Positions 39,194-50,076 are shown, counted from the whole stretch's first letter. The stretch is 63,105 bases of DNA, filler included, from a bacterium (GCA_024278215.1; 5 parts of 5 records of this genome joined end to end with filler, not necessarily neighbours in it), one strand, 5' to 3'. Translations and numbers: made by a program. Notes: generated from the sequence alone by a model not told the origin.

Positions 39194-39353
39194 CTAACCC
39201 GGCATAGCCGGAACCAAAAAGGTCGCATTTTCGTGCCCAAACAAATGCGGTTTGAGCACGGCACACAGAGTTTCATCGTTCCCACAGTCATCGTACTCAC
39301 ACTCGTCCACGCCGATTTTTCGTCGTTCCCAGGGGGGACTCCGGGAACGACGA
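39194..39353 (+). repeat. Composite hairpin repeat (family D); other copies 49504-49588 (+), 58303-58438 (-), fragment 46241-46263
   Basis: CTAACCCGGCATAGCCGGAA...CGCATTTTCGTGCCCAAACAAATGCGGTTTGAGCACGGCACACAGAGTTTCATCGTTCCC shared between copies. Confidence 0.8.
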
Positions 39354-39614
39354 GAACAACGCCCTACCCTACTGGGAAACCGATGATTATAGTTGTGAAT
39401 TCGGAGCCGTGCGCGTAAGCAAGCGGACTTGGATAGGCCCCTGCCTGGTTCCGGCTCTTCCTGCCCGGAAATAATATAAAAATAGCCGTCAATATGGAAA
39501 ACACATTATTTAACATGTAGAATTGTGCGTAAGCGAAGCCGTGTGTTTTTGTTATATTATGAAACTCGACACTATTCAATTGGAACATATATAAAAAGGA
39601 ATCAGGTAAAGACA

Positions 39615-41096
39615 TTGCTGCTCGTACAACCCGGATTCAGAGAATTCTGCAAACTTGCGGAAAAGGGAAACATTATCCCCGTCTATGCCGAAGTGCTGGC
39701 CGACCTGCTGACGCCTGTGTCGGCATACCTGAATATTGCAGGTGACAATCCGTATTCGTTCCTGCTCGAGAGTGTTGTGGGTGGAGAGCACACGGCGAGG
39801 TATTCGTTCCTTGGCGTGAAACCCTATGCCGTGTTCAAGAGCAAGGGCAGGCAGTTTGAGTTCGCCGGAAAGCAGGAGGAAGGCGATCCGCTGGCGGCGA
39901 TAGACAGGATATTCAAGAAGTTCAAGGTGGTGGGCGCGGAGGCGCTTCCGCCGTTTATCGGCGGGGGTGTGGGCTACTTCGGCTACGACATCATCCACCA
40001 CATAGAAAAGTTGCCTGCGGAAGCGAAAGACGACCTGAATTTCCCTGACATCCTGTTTATGCTTGTGGATTCGATACTGATTTTCGACCATATAAAACAC
40101 AAGATAAAGATTGTGTGTTGCGCCAGGCTGGACGACGGCGGTACTCTTAACGGAATCTATCGCGATGCTGTGGACAGGATACAACAGTTATACGAAAAAC
40201 TGAGGAGTTCGCGTTTTCTTGAGATCGGCACGGAGCTGACACAGCGCAGAAAAAGTTCGGTGAGATTCAAACCGAATATGAATAAGGAAGACTTCTGCGC
40301 GATGGTGGAAGCGGGCAAGAAGTACATACGTGCGGGCGATATTTTTCAGACGGTACTTTCGCAGAGATTCTCGGCAAAGACGGAAGTGCCGCCCTTCGAT
40401 ATCTATCGTGTGCTCAGATCGCTGAACCCGTCGCCGTATATGTTTTATTCCAAGCTTGGCGACGTCCTGCTCGTGGGTGCGTCGCCTGAGATACTGGTGA
40501 CGCTAAGGGGCAGGGATGTAGTTGTAAGACCTATTGCGGGCACAAGGCCGAGGCCTGCCGACCCGAGTCGGGAAAAAGCGGTCATAAAAGACCTTCTTTC
40601 AGATGAAAAAGAGCGCGCGGAACACATAATGCTGGTTGATCTGGGGCGGAACGATATTGGACGCATCGCCCGCCCCGGCACGGTTGTGGTCGACGACCTG
40701 ATGTCGATCGAGAAGTATTCACACGTGATACACATTGTGTCGAATGTGTCGGGCAAACTGCGGCAGGGTCGTTCGGCGATGGATGTGCTGAGGGCGTGTT
40801 TCCCGGCGGGCACTGTGTCGGGTGCGCCGAAGGTGAGGGCGATGGAGATCATCGACGAGCTCGAGCCGACCCGGCGCGGCCCTTACGCGGGCGCGGGCGG
40901 ATACCTGAGCTTCACCGGCCACCTCGACACTTGCATCACTATCAGGACTACTTTCATAAAAGACGGTATTGCCCATGTGCAGGCCGGAGGCGGCATTGTC
41001 GCGGACTCCGTGCCGGAGAACGAGTACCAGGAATCCGTCAATAAAGCGCGCGCGCTTCGCCTGGCTATCGAATACGCTTCGGAGGGTGTCCTTTGA
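39615..41096 (+). CDS. trpE: Anthranilate synthase component I
   Basis: DLLTPVSAY, SFLLES, NPSPYMF, PIAGTR, EHIMLVDLGRND, FPAGTVSGAPK; TTG start inferred. Confidence 0.93.
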   Translation: MLLVQPGFREFCKLAEKGNIIPVYAEVLADLLTPVSAYLNIAGDNPYSFLLESVVGGEHTARYSFLGVKPYAVFKSKGRQFEFAGKQEEGDPLAAIDRIFKKFKVVGAEALPPFIGGGVGYFGYDIIHHIEKLPAEAKDDLNFPDILFMLVDSILIFDHIKHKIKIVCCARLDDGGTLNGIYRDAVDRIQQLYEKLRSSRFLEIGTELTQRRKSSVRFKPNMNKEDFCAMVEAGKKYIRAGDIFQTVLSQRFSAKTEVPPFDIYRVLRSLNPSPYMFYSKLGDVLLVGASPEILVTLRGRDVVVRPIAGTRPRPADPSREKAVIKDLLSDEKERAEHIMLVDLGRNDIGRIARPGTVVVDDLMSIEKYSHVIHIVSNVSGKLRQGRSAMDVLRACFPAGTVSGAPKVRAMEIIDELEPTRRGPYAGAGGYLSFTGHLDTCITIRTTFIKDGIAHVQAGGGIVADSVPENEYQESVNKARALRLAIEYASEGVL

Positions 41097-41662
41097 TCGC
41101 GGTTATCGACAATTACGATTCTTTTACATACAATCTAGTACAGTACTTCTACGAATGGGAGCGCAACGTAAAGGTGTTTCGCAACGATGCGATCTCCGTG
41201 GAACAACTAATTAAGTTGAAGCCTGATTACCTTGTGATATCGCCCGGACCGGGAAAGCCCGGCGACGGCGGGATCAGTATGGAGGCGATCGAGGCGTTCG
41301 CGGGCCGCGTGCCGGTGCTGGGAGTGTGCCTTGGACACCAGTGCATCACGCAGGTGTTCGGTGGCCGCATTATCAGGGCGCGCCGCCTCATGCACGGAAA
41401 GGTTTCAAAGATTTATCACGATGGAAAGACTGTTTTCAAAGGCATCGACAACCCTTTCATCGCGACAAGGTATCATTCGCTGACAGCATCACCCGCTAAG
41501 ATGCCCGATTGCCTGGAGGTAACGGCTAAAACGAAGCGTGGCGAAATAATGGGTGTACGCCACAAACAATTCCCTGTCGAGGGCGTTCAGTTCCACCCCG
41601 AATCGATACTGACCGAACCAGGGAAAAAACTTCTGAAAAACTTTCTTGATCTGAAATGCTGA
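41093..41662 (+). CDS. trpG: Anthranilate synthase glutamine amidotransferase subunit
   Basis: IDNYDSFTYNL, SPGPG, GVCLGHQ, GVQFHPES. Confidence 0.93.
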   Translation: MIAVIDNYDSFTYNLVQYFYEWERNVKVFRNDAISVEQLIKLKPDYLVISPGPGKPGDGGISMEAIEAFAGRVPVLGVCLGHQCITQVFGGRIIRARRLMHGKVSKIYHDGKTVFKGIDNPFIATRYHSLTASPAKMPDCLEVTAKTKRGEIMGVRHKQFPVEGVQFHPESILTEPGKKLLKNFLDLKC

Positions 41663-42258
41663 ACAAACTTTTATACTACATTCCGATGTTGACGCAGATG
41701 GCGACTGACGGACTGGATGCGGAAAAGGTGCAGCAGCACCTGGACCAGATGTCCGGCTGGGAAAAAATGATGCTCGCCTTCGAGTATGGTGACCTCGCTG
41801 TTATTATCACCGGCGCGGCGTTGCTTATGGGGGTCTCGATCTTTGCATATATGTTCATCCGCAGGTGGAATATTTCAAGGATGGGATATTTCCTTATTTC
41901 CGCGATGGTTGTCGGTGTGCGCATACAGAAACCGGATATTATTTTCTGGACACCTTTCGCTTTTGTCGCCGGACTATTTTCCGTACTTATGTTTTTTCTT
42001 ACGCAGAAAAACGTGGATTTCGATTCGCGAAAGGAACCCATGTATTTCCTGTTCAATGGTATGTGTCTTCTGCTGATCGCATTTCCCATGGGACGACCCA
42101 CTGACTTTTTTCTGGTGACTATAGCTCTGATCTCGCTTCTGTCCTCGCTGTTTTTTGTTGTCACAAAGAAACATGTGCCGACTGGAAAGTTCAAGAAGCA
42201 TGACGCGGACGAAGCAATTATGAATATCCTCGAAAAGAAAGCAAGGCGCCCGTTGTGA
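41656..42258 (+). CDS. Hypothetical integral membrane protein within the trp operon
   Basis: About five hydrophobic segments; overlaps the trpG stop and trpC start. Confidence 0.65.
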   Translation: MLNKLLYYIPMLTQMATDGLDAEKVQQHLDQMSGWEKMMLAFEYGDLAVIITGAALLMGVSIFAYMFIRRWNISRMGYFLISAMVVGVRIQKPDIIFWTPFAFVAGLFSVLMFFLTQKNVDFDSRKEPMYFLFNGMCLLLIAFPMGRPTDFFLVTIALISLLSSLFFVVTKKHVPTGKFKKHDADEAIMNILEKKARRPL

Positions 42259-43043
42259 GCACGATCCTCGACAAGATAATCGACTCGAAAAAAAATGAAC
42301 TCGATGTGCTGAAAAGCGAAAAACCCCTGAATGATGTCATTGCCGCCTGCCGTGATGCGGAACCCACACGCGGATTTGCCTCGGCGATAGAAAGCTGCGA
42401 AGGCCCGGCAATAATCGCTGAACTGAAAAAAGCTTCACCGACGAAAGGGCTGTTGTGCCCGGATTTCTCGGTGGAAAAACTTGCCGCCGCCTATGCGGCG
42501 CATGGGGCGGCGGCAATGTCGGTGCTGACTGAAAAAACTTTCTTCCTCGGCGACCTGTCATATATCGCAATCGCGAAAAGTTTTTCGGCGCTGCCTGCGC
42601 TCAGAAAAGATTTCATTGTCGATCCGTACCAGGTGTACGAAGCGAGGGCGGCGGGCGCGGACGCGATACTGCTGATTGTTGCCGCGCTCGATAAACATTT
42701 GCTTGCAGACTTTCTCGGTCTTGCGCATGAACTGTCGATGGATGCTCTTGTCGAGGTACACGACGGGCTCGAGCTCGAAACGGCCGCCGCGCTGCCCTGC
42801 GATGTCATTGGGGTCAACAACAGGAACCTTAAAAACGGTGAAGTGTCAATAGGGAGAAGTATCGACTTGATTGGCGGAATCCCGGCGGGTTCCTGTAAAA
42901 TAAGCGAGAGCGGAATCAGGAGCGGGCAGGATATACGAACCCTCTATGATGCGGGATACGACGGCTTCCTTATCGGCGAGTCGCTTGTGGCAAGCGACGA
43001 TCCGGGCCGCACACTTGCAAACTTTTTAAAGACGACAGGATGA
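42255..43043 (+). CDS. trpC: Indole-3-glycerol phosphate synthase
   Basis: IIAELKKASP, SVLTE, LRKDFI, GVNNRNL, SESGI. Confidence 0.95.
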   Translation: MSTILDKIIDSKKNELDVLKSEKPLNDVIAACRDAEPTRGFASAIESCEGPAIIAELKKASPTKGLLCPDFSVEKLAAAYAAHGAAAMSVLTEKTFFLGDLSYIAIAKSFSALPALRKDFIVDPYQVYEARAAGADAILLIVAALDKHLLADFLGLAHELSMDALVEVHDGLELETAAALPCDVIGVNNRNLKNGEVSIGRSIDLIGGIPAGSCKISESGIRSGQDIRTLYDAGYDGFLIGESLVASDDPGRTLANFLKTTG

Positions 43044-43049
43044 TTCGAT

Positions 43050-44252
43050 ATGGGCGAAATACCTGATAAAAACGGACACTTCGGCATATTCGGCGGTAGC
43101 TATGTGCCGGAAACGCTCGTGTATGCGCTCCAGGAACTCGGCGATATGTACGAGAAGATGAAAGACGACGACGAGTTCAAAAGAGAGATGGCTTACTATC
43201 AGAAACATTATCTCGGACGTCCGACGCCGCTGTTTCTTGCGGAGAATTTCTCGAAACGCATCGGAAACGGCAACAAAATATACCTGAAGCGCGAAGACCT
43301 CAACCACACGGGCGCGCATAAGATGAACAACACGCTCGGACAGGCCCTGCTCACAAAGCGAATAGGAAAGAAAAGAGTCATCGCCGAGACGGGAGCCGGA
43401 ATGCACGGCGTGGCCACTGCGACCGCCGCGGCGCTGCTAAACCTCGAGTGCGAGATTTTCATGGGAGAAGTCGACATCGCGCGGCAGTCGCAGAACGTCA
43501 GCAGGATGAAGATGCTCGGCGCGAAGGTTACGCCAGTGCTGTCGGGTTCGCGAACCCTGAAAGATGCTGTGAATGAGGCGTTCCGAAACTGGATTTCAAC
43601 AGTGACGACAACCCATTATGTCATGGGAACAGTGGCGGGCGCGCATCCGTTTCCCTATATGGTAAGGGACTTCCAGAGGATAATCGGCGAAGAAACGCGC
43701 GGCCAGATATTGGAGGCCGAAGGCCGGCTGCCGGACATGCTTGTAGCCTGTGTCGGAGGCGGCAGCAACGCGATGGGGCTGTTCTATCCTTTCCGCGAAG
43801 ACACGGACGTCGAGCTCATAGGAGTCGAGGCGGGCGGCGAGGGCCTCGATACCGGCAAACACGCCGCGACACTGCAGAAAGGCACGGTCGGGGTCATTCA
43901 CGGCAGTATGACGTATATGTTGCAGGATGAGGACGGCCAGATTCTCGAAGCGCACTCGGTTTCCGCCGGTCTGGACTACCCCGGTGTCGGCCCCGAACAC
44001 GCTTATTTCAAAGACCTCAAGAGAGCACGATACGGATCGGCGACAGACCGCGAGGCTGTCGAAGCTTTTCTTGCTCTAAGCAGGGATGAAGGGATTATAC
44101 CGGCGCTGGAGAGTTCACACGCGCTCGCGTATCTCATGAATAACGACACAGGGAAGAACAAAGTTGTTGTTGTGAACCTTTCAGGGCGGGGCGACAAAGA
44201 TATGGGTATAATAAACAGTTATCTAAAGAACGTGGATGTTACAATACAATGA
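43050..44252 (+). CDS. trpB: Tryptophan synthase beta chain
   Basis: [39 protein letters not shown]. Confidence 0.97.
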   Translation: MGEIPDKNGHFGIFGGSYVPETLVYALQELGDMYEKMKDDDEFKREMAYYQKHYLGRPTPLFLAENFSKRIGNGNKIYLKREDLNHTGAHKMNNTLGQALLTKRIGKKRVIAETGAGMHGVATATAAALLNLECEIFMGEVDIARQSQNVSRMKMLGAKVTPVLSGSRTLKDAVNEAFRNWISTVTTTHYVMGTVAGAHPFPYMVRDFQRIIGEETRGQILEAEGRLPDMLVACVGGGSNAMGLFYPFREDTDVELIGVEAGGEGLDTGKHAATLQKGTVGVIHGSMTYMLQDEDGQILEAHSVSAGLDYPGVGPEHAYFKDLKRARYGSATDREAVEAFLALSRDEGIIPALESSHALAYLMNNDTGKNKVVVVNLSGRGDKDMGIINSYLKNVDVTIQ

Positions 44253-45043
44253 CTATCGCAGAAGTTCTCGAAAAACTTAAGCGGAATGACGAAGGCGCGC
44301 TTGCAATGTTTTCGACGGCGGGCGACCCCGACCGGGAAACATCGCTCGAATTGTTCAAAGTGCTGGGAGACAGCGGCTCCGACTTGATCGAGATCGGTAT
44401 ACCCTATTCCGATCCCCTGATGGACGGTCCTGTGCTGCAACGCAGCTACCAGCGCGCGCTGAATGCCGGTTTCAATCTCGCCGATTTCCCTTCATACATC
44501 GAGGCTGTCCGGGCTTCCACTCCGACACCGCTGCTTGTTATGACCTGCTACAATCCTGTACATAAATACGGAGTGCGCAGATTTTTTCGCGACATTTCAA
44601 ATGCGGGCGTGGATTCGATTCTGCTTACCGATCTACCGCCGGAGGAGTGGGGCGAAAGCATGGACCTCGCAAGGGGCTTCAACCTAGGCACTGTCTTTCT
44701 CGTGGCACCGACTACGCCAAGTCCGAGAATGGAAATGCTGAATGATTTGTCCGACCCATTCGTTTACTGCGTATCGAAAATGGGCATTACAGGCAGTGGA
44801 CAGGGGCTGCCGGACACTCTTAAGGAATATGTTTCATTCGTCAAAGGAATAGTGACGAAACCGCTTCTTGTCGGGTTTGGAATAACAACACCCGAACAAG
44901 CTGAAATGACGGGCGCAATGGCGGACGGAGTAGTCGTCGGAAGCGCGCTGGTGTCGATAATCGAAAGACACCTCGACGACAACAGGAACATTTTCAAGTT
45001 TGCGGGCAGGTTTGTCAACGAACTGAAAGAAGCACTGAAATAG
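44249..45043 (+). CDS. trpA: Tryptophan synthase alpha chain
   Basis: [33 protein letters not shown]. Confidence 0.95.
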   Translation: MTIAEVLEKLKRNDEGALAMFSTAGDPDRETSLELFKVLGDSGSDLIEIGIPYSDPLMDGPVLQRSYQRALNAGFNLADFPSYIEAVRASTPTPLLVMTCYNPVHKYGVRRFFRDISNAGVDSILLTDLPPEEWGESMDLARGFNLGTVFLVAPTTPSPRMEMLNDLSDPFVYCVSKMGITGSGQGLPDTLKEYVSFVKGIVTKPLLVGFGITTPEQAEMTGAMADGVVVGSALVSIIERHLDDNRNIFKFAGRFVNELKEALK

Positions 45044-45066
45044 ACGGGAATACCGAGGAGGATTAG

Positions 45067-46221
45067 ATGCTTCACATAAACGACCTTCTGAAAAAACTGG
45101 TTGATATGGGCGGGTCGGACCTGCATCTCAAGGTCGGCAGTCCGCCGATCATCAGGCTCGACGGCACACTGAAACAAATTGAAAAAGACAGGCTGAACGC
45201 GGATGCCATCAACCAGATGGTTATGAACATACTCAACGAAAAACAGAAGAAAGAGTTCACGACCCATCACGAACTCGACTTTGCTTACGGTGTGCCCGGT
45301 GTTGCCAGATTCCGTGTAAATCTCTGCATCCAGCGCGGCACAGTGCGCGTTGTAATGAGGATCGTTCCATTCGAGGTCAAGAACTTCAACGAACTCAATC
45401 TTCCCGCTGAAGCCCTGATTTATCTATGCGGTCTCGGCAGGGGGCTCTGTCTTGTCACAGGTCCCACCGGAAGCGGAAAATCTACGACACTTGCCGCCAT
45501 GGTCGACTTTATCAACAATACGCACAATGCACATATCGTCACTGTAGAGGACCCCATCGAGTTTCTATATAGAGACAATAAATGCATCATCAGCCAGCGT
45601 GAAGTAGGCTCAGATACCGAATCTTTCCAGAAGGCGCTAAGGCATGTTCTCAGGCAGGACCCCGATGTTATCCTGATAGGTGAAATGCGCGACCTGGACA
45701 CTATCTCCACGGCACTCACCGCTGCTGAAACAGGGCATCTGGTCCTCAGCACACTTCACACTACCGACGCACCCGGTACGATCGACCGTATCGTCGATGT
45801 TTTCCCGCCGCACCAGCAGTCGCAGATCCGCATCCAGCTTGCGAACGCGCTCCAGGGAATCGTATGCCAGAAAGTACTTCCTCTCAAGGCCGGCCAGGGC
45901 AGGATACCGGCAACAGAGGTGCTTATCGCCACTCCCAGGATCAAACAGCTCATTCTCGAACAGGCAACTCCCATGCAGTTCTATGAGACAATTCTCGGCT
46001 CCCCCGAATTCCTTCATATGCACACGATGAACGAAGACCTTGTCAGACTTACAAAAGAAGAAATAATTACGATGGAAACAGCGCTGACCAACTCGCCGAA
46101 CCCCGACGAATTCAAACTTAACCTGCGCGGCATATATGCAGGCGGCACGAAAGATGAAATGGGAAGGCACGCAACAGGTGACGACAGCAGCAAATTCGGT
46201 GGCCGGTATAGCGGTAAGTGA
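45067..46221 (+). CDS. pilT: Type IV pilus retraction ATPase (PilT/PilU family)
   Basis: GSDLHL, GPTGSGKSTT, EDPIE, LRQDPDVILIGEMRD, AETGHLVLSTLH. Confidence 0.9.
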   Translation: MLHINDLLKKLVDMGGSDLHLKVGSPPIIRLDGTLKQIEKDRLNADAINQMVMNILNEKQKKEFTTHHELDFAYGVPGVARFRVNLCIQRGTVRVVMRIVPFEVKNFNELNLPAEALIYLCGLGRGLCLVTGPTGSGKSTTLAAMVDFINNTHNAHIVTVEDPIEFLYRDNKCIISQREVGSDTESFQKALRHVLRQDPDVILIGEMRDLDTISTALTAAETGHLVLSTLHTTDAPGTIDRIVDVFPPHQQSQIRIQLANALQGIVCQKVLPLKAGQGRIPATEVLIATPRIKQLILEQATPMQFYETILGSPEFLHMHTMNEDLVRLTKEEIITMETALTNSPNPDEFKLNLRGIYAGGTKDEMGRHATGDDSSKFGGRYSGK

Positions 46222-46281
46222 TAGCATCAATGTTCAGGCTCTAACCCGGCACGGCCGGAACCATACAGGAGAAACAAAAAC

Positions 46282-46866
46282 ATGACGAAACCGGCTGTAT
46301 TCATAGATCGGGACGGCACCCTCAGCGAAGAGATCGGTTACGTAAATCATGCCGACCGATTCAAACTGCTGCCGGCGTCGGGAAAAGCCATAAGAAAACT
46401 CAATGAGGCAGGTGTCCCCGCTGTTATCGTCACCAACCAGGCCGGCGTGGCGCGCGGGTATTTCCCCGAAGAGCGAATCCGCCAGGTACACGAGAGAATG
46501 GCGGCACTTCTGGCGGAAGAAGGCGCGATACTTGACGGAATCTACTATTGCCCGCACCATGCCGACGTAGGCGAGCCGCCTTACAGGAAAGATTGCAACT
46601 GCCGGAAACCGCGTACGGGGATGATCGAACAGGCGGCTCGTGAGCTCGATCTCGATATGTCCGCGTCTTATGTCGTCGGCGATAAATTCAGCGATATCGA
46701 GCTTGCGCGGCGTGTCGGCTGCAAAGGAATATTCGTGCTGACAGGCTACGGGCTCGGACTGTGGGAATATGACCGCGACAAAGCAGGAACTGAACCGGAC
46801 CTTGTCACACACGACCTTCTCGAAGCGGTGGAATGGATACTCGAAGACTTGAAAAATTCAAAGTAG
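46282..46866 (+). CDS. gmhB: HAD-IIIA phosphatase (GmhB/histidinol-phosphatase family)
   Basis: FIDRDGT, VTNQAG, YYCPHH, CRKP, VGDK. Confidence 0.75.
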   Translation: MTKPAVFIDRDGTLSEEIGYVNHADRFKLLPASGKAIRKLNEAGVPAVIVTNQAGVARGYFPEERIRQVHERMAALLAEEGAILDGIYYCPHHADVGEPPYRKDCNCRKPRTGMIEQAARELDLDMSASYVVGDKFSDIELARRVGCKGIFVLTGYGLGLWEYDRDKAGTEPDLVTHDLLEAVEWILEDLKNSK

Positions 46867-46886
46867 AAAATTGAGGTGCAGTCGCA

Positions 46887-47333
46887 ATGGGAATGATGGA
46901 AGAAATCACTGAAAAACTTAAAACTGCGATGAAAGAGAAAGACAGCATCACGCTGGAGGCGATGCGTGCTGTCAAATCCGCTGTGAAATATAAAAAAGCT
47001 GAAACGGGGAAAGACCCTGAGGAGGCCGACATAAAAAAGATTATTCTGAAAGAGGCGAAAAAGCGCAGGGATTCTATTGCGGAATTCAGGCGTTGCAAGC
47101 GCGAAGACCTCGCCGAAAAGGAAGAAGCGCAACTGAAAGCCCTGGAGCCATTTCTTCCAGAGGAAATGGGTGACGGCGAAATTGAAGAAATTGTCAGGGC
47201 AGCTATCGAAGAGACCGGCGCGGCGGGAAAACAGGATATAGGCAAAATCATGAAAACCGTCATGCCGAAACTACAGGGCAAAGCCGACGGTCGCAAAGTC
47301 AACCTTATCGCCGCCCGCCTCCTGACACAATAG
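46887..47333 (+). CDS. GatB/YqeY domain protein
   Basis: LKTAMKEKD, KKRRDSIAEF, GKADG. Confidence 0.9.
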   Translation: MGMMEEITEKLKTAMKEKDSITLEAMRAVKSAVKYKKAETGKDPEEADIKKIILKEAKKRRDSIAEFRRCKREDLAEKEEAQLKALEPFLPEEMGDGEIEEIVRAAIEETGAAGKQDIGKIMKTVMPKLQGKADGRKVNLIAARLLTQ

Positions 47334-47360
47334 TGTCGTGTCAACAATGAAAAGACATAG

Positions 47361-47538
47361 GAGCCAATTGCAAAATTCTGATTCTGCTACGGTCGGCTGT
47401 TATTGTCCATAGCTGCGTTGTCGGCATAAAATCGTCCTCGACGTACTTTACAAGTACGCCTGCGAGGATTTTACACCTCCGCCTTGCTCTGAACAATTTC
47501 GCTCGACCTCGCTACGAACATAATTTTGCAATTGGCTC
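47361..47538 (-). mobile_element. MITE family A, complete copy
   Basis: Perfect TIRs; TSD ATAG. Confidence 0.92.
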
Positions 47539-47741
47539 ATAGGTGTGCATAAAACACTCCCATTCTGTCAGGCACGGACCGGTGAGCGTGTCGTGCGGTT
47601 GTGCCGACATTCAATGTTTGATACGAAACCAGTTGACCCGGTTTTCCCATTAGGAAATCAGGAAAAACGGGTACATTATGTTCTGATAGTCATCACATAA
47701 TCAGTTAGTCAGGGATGAAGAAGCAACGATAGGCAACACCT

Positions 47742-49466
47742 GTGGCTTATGACCATTTTAACTTGACCAGCACAGACAAAGTAATTGCCCCTGTCGCTAC
47801 AGACGACCTTTCGGGCGTCGCTTCCAGAGCGGCATATATCGTGTTTGATGCGATTGCTTATGTATTGTTGATATTTCTTTGCGTGCAAGCCGCGCTGCTG
47901 AGGCTCGAGAATCTTGTTGATTTGATTCATGTGCTCACAGTGATATTCTTCTCCGGCATATACATTTTCGCTTCCCGTGCGATATACACGAAATTGTTCA
48001 AAGCGCCGCTCGTCTTCGGACTGATGCTGGAGTACATCGCTGTTTTCTCTTTTGTGGCGATCCCGGCATTTCTTGTTGTCCGGGGACCGGAGGTCCAAAA
48101 CTTCTGTTGGCTCACACTGTGGTGGCATCAGTTGCCGGCGCTGCTCGGAATGTTCTTGAAATTATCGCCATTTGTAGCAGTATGCCTGATGATTGCTTTT
48201 TGCGTGTTCACATCTCAGGTGGTAAGGAAAAGACCGCAAATACCGATGCTTGCTGTCTCAGCAATCGGGGTGTTGCTGCTGTTGCAATACATCGTGATTA
48301 TGCGACACGGATTCAGGTTTATGGAATTCGTCGCGCTGCCGGCGCTGATGATAGTAACTTTATTATCTGCGTTTAGAGGACAGCCCCGGCTGTTCGCGAA
48401 GTCACTGCTGCTTTTTTTCATCGCGGTGTTCGCAAGCTGGCATTTTCTCGGTTTGCTGCCGGTAAATCATGAGAGATCGTTCATCGAGTCCTCAGATGTC
48501 GACAAGGTATATCCCCCTGCAGATGTTACGGCGCCGGTGCCGGCGGCGCTTGTGAAAGACATCGCGTTCGACCCGGCGGGTGATATGTTTTATATCGCGG
48601 GCGGCAGATCAGGATATGTGCTGGCTATAGACACAGGTTCGGGTGTACTGCATCATATATTGTTCAAGAATGCCGACATCTCAAGAATTGCAATTGACAG
48701 GTGGACCCACGACATGTTTGCTCTGGACAGGGCCGGAGCGGATGTGCACCAGTTCGCGCCGGGCTCGCTGCGAGCCATGACAAAACACAGCGTAAAAACC
48801 GACTGGGGCTTCGTTCCAGAAAAAATCATTCCATTCGACAATCAATTTTATGTAACATATTCCGAGTATCCCGCCATAGCGGAATTCAGTACAGCAGGAT
48901 TCAGACAGGAAGGTGGGATCAGTCTGAGACCTGCCGGCATGACGACATTCAGGACAGGCGCGTCGGATATGGTGGCAGTGCGCGAAGCAGGCGCTCTCTA
49001 TGCTGTCGCAGGTGCCCACGGTACAAAGGGCGAATCGATGATCGTCAGGATCGATCCCGCGCGCTTCGTGGTCAACGCACAGGTTATAGTCCCGGATTAT
49101 GTGCGTTCTCTTGCTGTCGACAGGAAAAAGTTGCGCCTGTACGCCGCCGGTTATTTCAAGAACAACATATACGAAATAGACCTGAAAACGATGACTGTGG
49201 CGCGGTCGCTGCCGGCTCCCCCGGCTTGCTCGAACGTCATTTTTGATGCCGGTCGAAAACTGATATATTCCACGGGTTACTTTAACGGTGAATTGATGAT
49301 AGTGGATGCGCAAAACGGAAGAATGCTTGATATGCGGCGCACATGCAATAAAATAGAGGCAATGAACCTCGACGAAAGAAGAGACCGACTCTATATTGCA
49401 TGTGTAAATGGTGTTTATAGTGCGTCACTCGAAAAATATATTTCGACGCCCATGCAAAGCAATTGA
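47742..49466 (+). CDS. Membrane protein with C-terminal beta-propeller (YncE-like)
   Basis: N-terminal TM helices; repeated IAFDP/LAVDR/FDAGRK propeller-like blades. Confidence 0.65.
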   Translation: MAYDHFNLTSTDKVIAPVATDDLSGVASRAAYIVFDAIAYVLLIFLCVQAALLRLENLVDLIHVLTVIFFSGIYIFASRAIYTKLFKAPLVFGLMLEYIAVFSFVAIPAFLVVRGPEVQNFCWLTLWWHQLPALLGMFLKLSPFVAVCLMIAFCVFTSQVVRKRPQIPMLAVSAIGVLLLLQYIVIMRHGFRFMEFVALPALMIVTLLSAFRGQPRLFAKSLLLFFIAVFASWHFLGLLPVNHERSFIESSDVDKVYPPADVTAPVPAALVKDIAFDPAGDMFYIAGGRSGYVLAIDTGSGVLHHILFKNADISRIAIDRWTHDMFALDRAGADVHQFAPGSLRAMTKHSVKTDWGFVPEKIIPFDNQFYVTYSEYPAIAEFSTAGFRQEGGISLRPAGMTTFRTGASDMVAVREAGALYAVAGAHGTKGESMIVRIDPARFVVNAQVIVPDYVRSLAVDRKKLRLYAAGYFKNNIYEIDLKTMTVARSLPAPPACSNVIFDAGRKLIYSTGYFNGELMIVDAQNGRMLDMRRTCNKIEAMNLDERRDRLYIACVNGVYSASLEKYISTPMQSN

Positions 49467-49670
49467 TGTGAGCGACTGTTTCACACATTTACCATGCTTA
49501 CCCCTATCCCGGCAAAGCCGGAGCCAATCATGCCGCATTTTCGTGCCCAAACAAATGCGATTTGAGCACGGCATACATAGTTTTTATCTGCCTGGCGACA
49601 ACAAGTGTCGCTAACGAAGCTTACGAAGCGATAAGTGCATATTATCGTATTCGGCAAAGAAAAGACGTAA

Positions 49671-49847
49671 GAGCCAATTGCAAGATTCTGATTCTGCTGC
49701 GGTCGGCTACTATTGTCCATAGCTGCGTTGTCGGCATAAAATCTTCCTCGACGTACTCTACAAGTACGCCTGCGAGGATTTTACACCTCCGTCTTGCTCT
49801 GAACAATTTCGCTCGACCTTGCTACGAACATAATTTGCAATTGGCTC
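49671..49847 (-). mobile_element. MITE family A, complete copy
   Basis: Both TIRs; TSD GTAA. Confidence 0.92.
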
Positions 49848-50076
49848 GTAAGATGAGTTGATTCGTGTGTAAAAAGTCACAGATGACATTTGGCAACAGA
49901 CAATAAGCGACAATAGCGGACCCGCAAAGAGCGTTTTTGTGTATTTTCACCGACTTTAACAACAACGGCTGCATTGGAAATGGCTAACCCGCATTTGTGG
50001 AATATGCTGGCTAATTACACACGAATCATGAGTTAGCGTAAAAACAATTCAGTATATCATACAACAGCGCAGTCAA

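Noticed and set aside
38738-39614. T-box or Trp leader-peptide attenuator upstream of trpE
   Set aside because: No T-box consensus or Trp-codon leader peptide found; the visible hairpins belong to repeat family D.
47361-49847. Composite transposon of two MITEs around the beta-propeller gene
   Set aside because: Each copy has its own distinct TSD (ATAG, GTAA), showing independent insertions; the same applies to the 26004/28677 pair.
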